Shown here: positions 62,178 through 64,000 of the stretch, one piece after another
Position numbering within the stretch: position 1 is the first letter of the stretch
Layout of the letters: every line of letters begins with the position of its first letter
NCBI GenBank assembly: GCA_009103225.1
Contig: RHPI01001037.1
Span: 729,537-793,536, forward strand
Source: Chlorokybus atmophyticus
Lineage: Eukaryota > Plantae > Mesostigma and Chlorokybus algae
DNA length: 64,000 bases
Direction of reading: 5' to 3'
Program-made: the position numbers and the translations under genes
Notes under the pieces: model-generated
Seen by the model: the letters and a program-made list of their open reading frames with translations, nothing else
What the model was told of the DNA's origin: nothing
Databases searched by the model: none

Positions 62178-64000
62178 GCGTGCATGGCGCAGCAGGCACA
62201 AAGCAGGTACAGCTTCGGTCAGCCGCTGTTTGCAAAGGCTTACAAGCAGCCCAGAAGCACCTTAGCAAGCTAATCTTTAGGCAAACAGCTGTTGTGGGTT
62301 GCTCAGGCACCACCAGCTGGCAACAAAGCAATTGATGCTGAGAAGCTACTGTCCAGCGGCTGTGACGCCGGTAGCCTCGGACAGAGCCTCGGACTGCACG
62401 AACGGGCACAGGCATATGCCGCAGCATTGCGTACGTTACATTGCTTGCAATGCGCTTGCAGCAGCAACAAGTGGAATTTTCAGCTACCGAGCTTAGCCAC
62501 TTGCACATGCTTACCTCGCCCACGCAGGCCTAGCTCAACATTGCTGCACAGACAAATCACATCAATGCGCGACGCTCAGCAAGCATGCGCACTGCGGCGC
62601 AGCGCAGTCAGAGCTCAGTGCGACGCTCTGCTCCAAGCGTTGCATGCAATTGCGCTTTTTGCCACTGCATTATGAGCCGTCCGATGCACGTACTTTTGGA
62701 CGGCTTGCGTTCGGACGGCATGGATCTGCCAGATAGCCGGCAACGCCCAGCGCCACGCTGGCACAGTGATTTCTGGCAGAAGTGCCGCCAGCGTAATCTG
62801 ACAACGAGAATCACGCAATACCACGGCATAATCACGTTCTAGTTATGCATAATGCACGCTCTCCGCCGCTGGTCAGCGTGACGCGGTTGAGATACGGCTG
62901 GCCAGTAGCCTACTGGCAGTAGGCCATTCTTGCACACTGCTTCAGTGACGGTGCTTGTTTGCCACCAACAGGCGTGGCTTCAGGCCAACAACCGTCGCCG
63001 CCGTCGCCTCCGCCTTCGCCGTGGAAGTTGCCATCGCAGCCGTAGGGCGGATCCACTGCATGTGGCCGAACCAGACCTGCTTACCTTTGCCAGGCGTAGC
63101 TACTCGGTTGCTGACTGCTTTGCAGACAATTGCTGAGACAGAGCAGGATAGCAGTGTGATTATCGAGGCGAGATCCTGGGCTGGGCTGGGCAGGAGTTTA
63201 TTGTGAAATTGGCCCAATTGCGTGCGCGATGGCAAGTGGGCGCAAGAGGCTGCTCGTGCGCACGGCCGCAGCTTCCGCGCTGCAGCTGGTAGCTACGGCC
63301 ATTTGGTTCCTCGGGTCTGTATGCGGCTGGAGGTTGGACCGGGTTTGGCCGCAGCTGGAGTGGCAGTTTGAGGGTTATAGTTTCAGGTAAGCCACCATTG
63401 GTGTCATCTCCGTCGGCTGCGTGGAGCACACCGTCGCAGATTCCACACATGTTTGTTTTTATCAAAGCTTGTTGCTCGTAGTAGCTTTCTTGTAGTCACA
63501 TGCAAAAGTGCAGTAGAACACAGTTGCTTCTTTCTGCTATGTGATATCTCACGTAAGGTTGAGTCAGACAGAAATGCAGTGCCTGCTTTGTGTGTGAATT
63601 GTTTAGCAGCTTTGTTCGAGAAGTTGAGAGTTGCAAAGCACGGTTTGAACAGCTGCATAGGCATTTTCATTTCTCCAGGTTGAGCACAACAATCTGGCAC
63701 GTCAGCTGGGGATCCGGATGACATGCACAAACAGTTACATCAGTGCATGACGTTGCAGGTCAGAGTGGTGACGTGCGGAACTTGCCTAGTCTTATGTTTC
63801 TCCCAATGTACTTGTCAGTCTGCATGCGTTGTACCTGCACATGCGTGTTACAGCAGGGTTGTATGCTTGTATGTTCCTACTGTACATACATGTGGTTACA
63901 TGGACGATTAACCGGGTGCGTTGTCAGTATGCTAGCATTTCAAACAGGTGGTTGAACCGCTAGCATAATTACATTGAGACGCATCGCTTCAGCTTCAAAT

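Noticed and set aside
62300-63750. Cys-rich minus-strand ORF fragments at the window end
   Set aside because: Fragments are stop-interrupted and I could not join them into a recognisable protein.
1-64000. tRNA, rRNA or other recognisable structural RNA genes
   Set aside because: No cloverleaf, A/B-box pair or rRNA signature seen by eye; a tRNAscan-SE/Infernal run would be needed to exclude them.

Overview
Eukaryotic genomic DNA, most likely from a chlorophyte green alga (inferred from short GT-AG introns, plant/algal-type TFIIF-alpha, plastid-type PDF, Trx-h and OBAP). Bases 1-14 kb are a transposon-rich accessory zone. It holds an intact spliced orphan gene, a 53-bp minisatellite, a PHD relic, a complete 2.8-kb non-autonomous Copia-type LTR element (469-bp LTRs, GCAGT TSD, half-tRNA PBS, gag-protease only) and a decayed tyrosine recombinase between two pairs of direct repeats. 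From 15 kb on are spliced housekeeping genes: PP2A B', TFIIF-alpha, OBAP/DUF1264, coatomer beta, a CPBP/CAAX protease, thioredoxin h, a DUF861 cupin, peptide deformylase and a COBRA-like gene. These are interrupted by an AT-rich island (24-28 kb) and a ~10-kb patch of duplicated, decayed genes (30.5-40 kb). The most striking observation is a GPI-type COBL7-11-like COBRA protein with two mucin-type WxxW domains built in. All family assignments come from motif recognition by eye, not database searches, and exon boundaries are manual.
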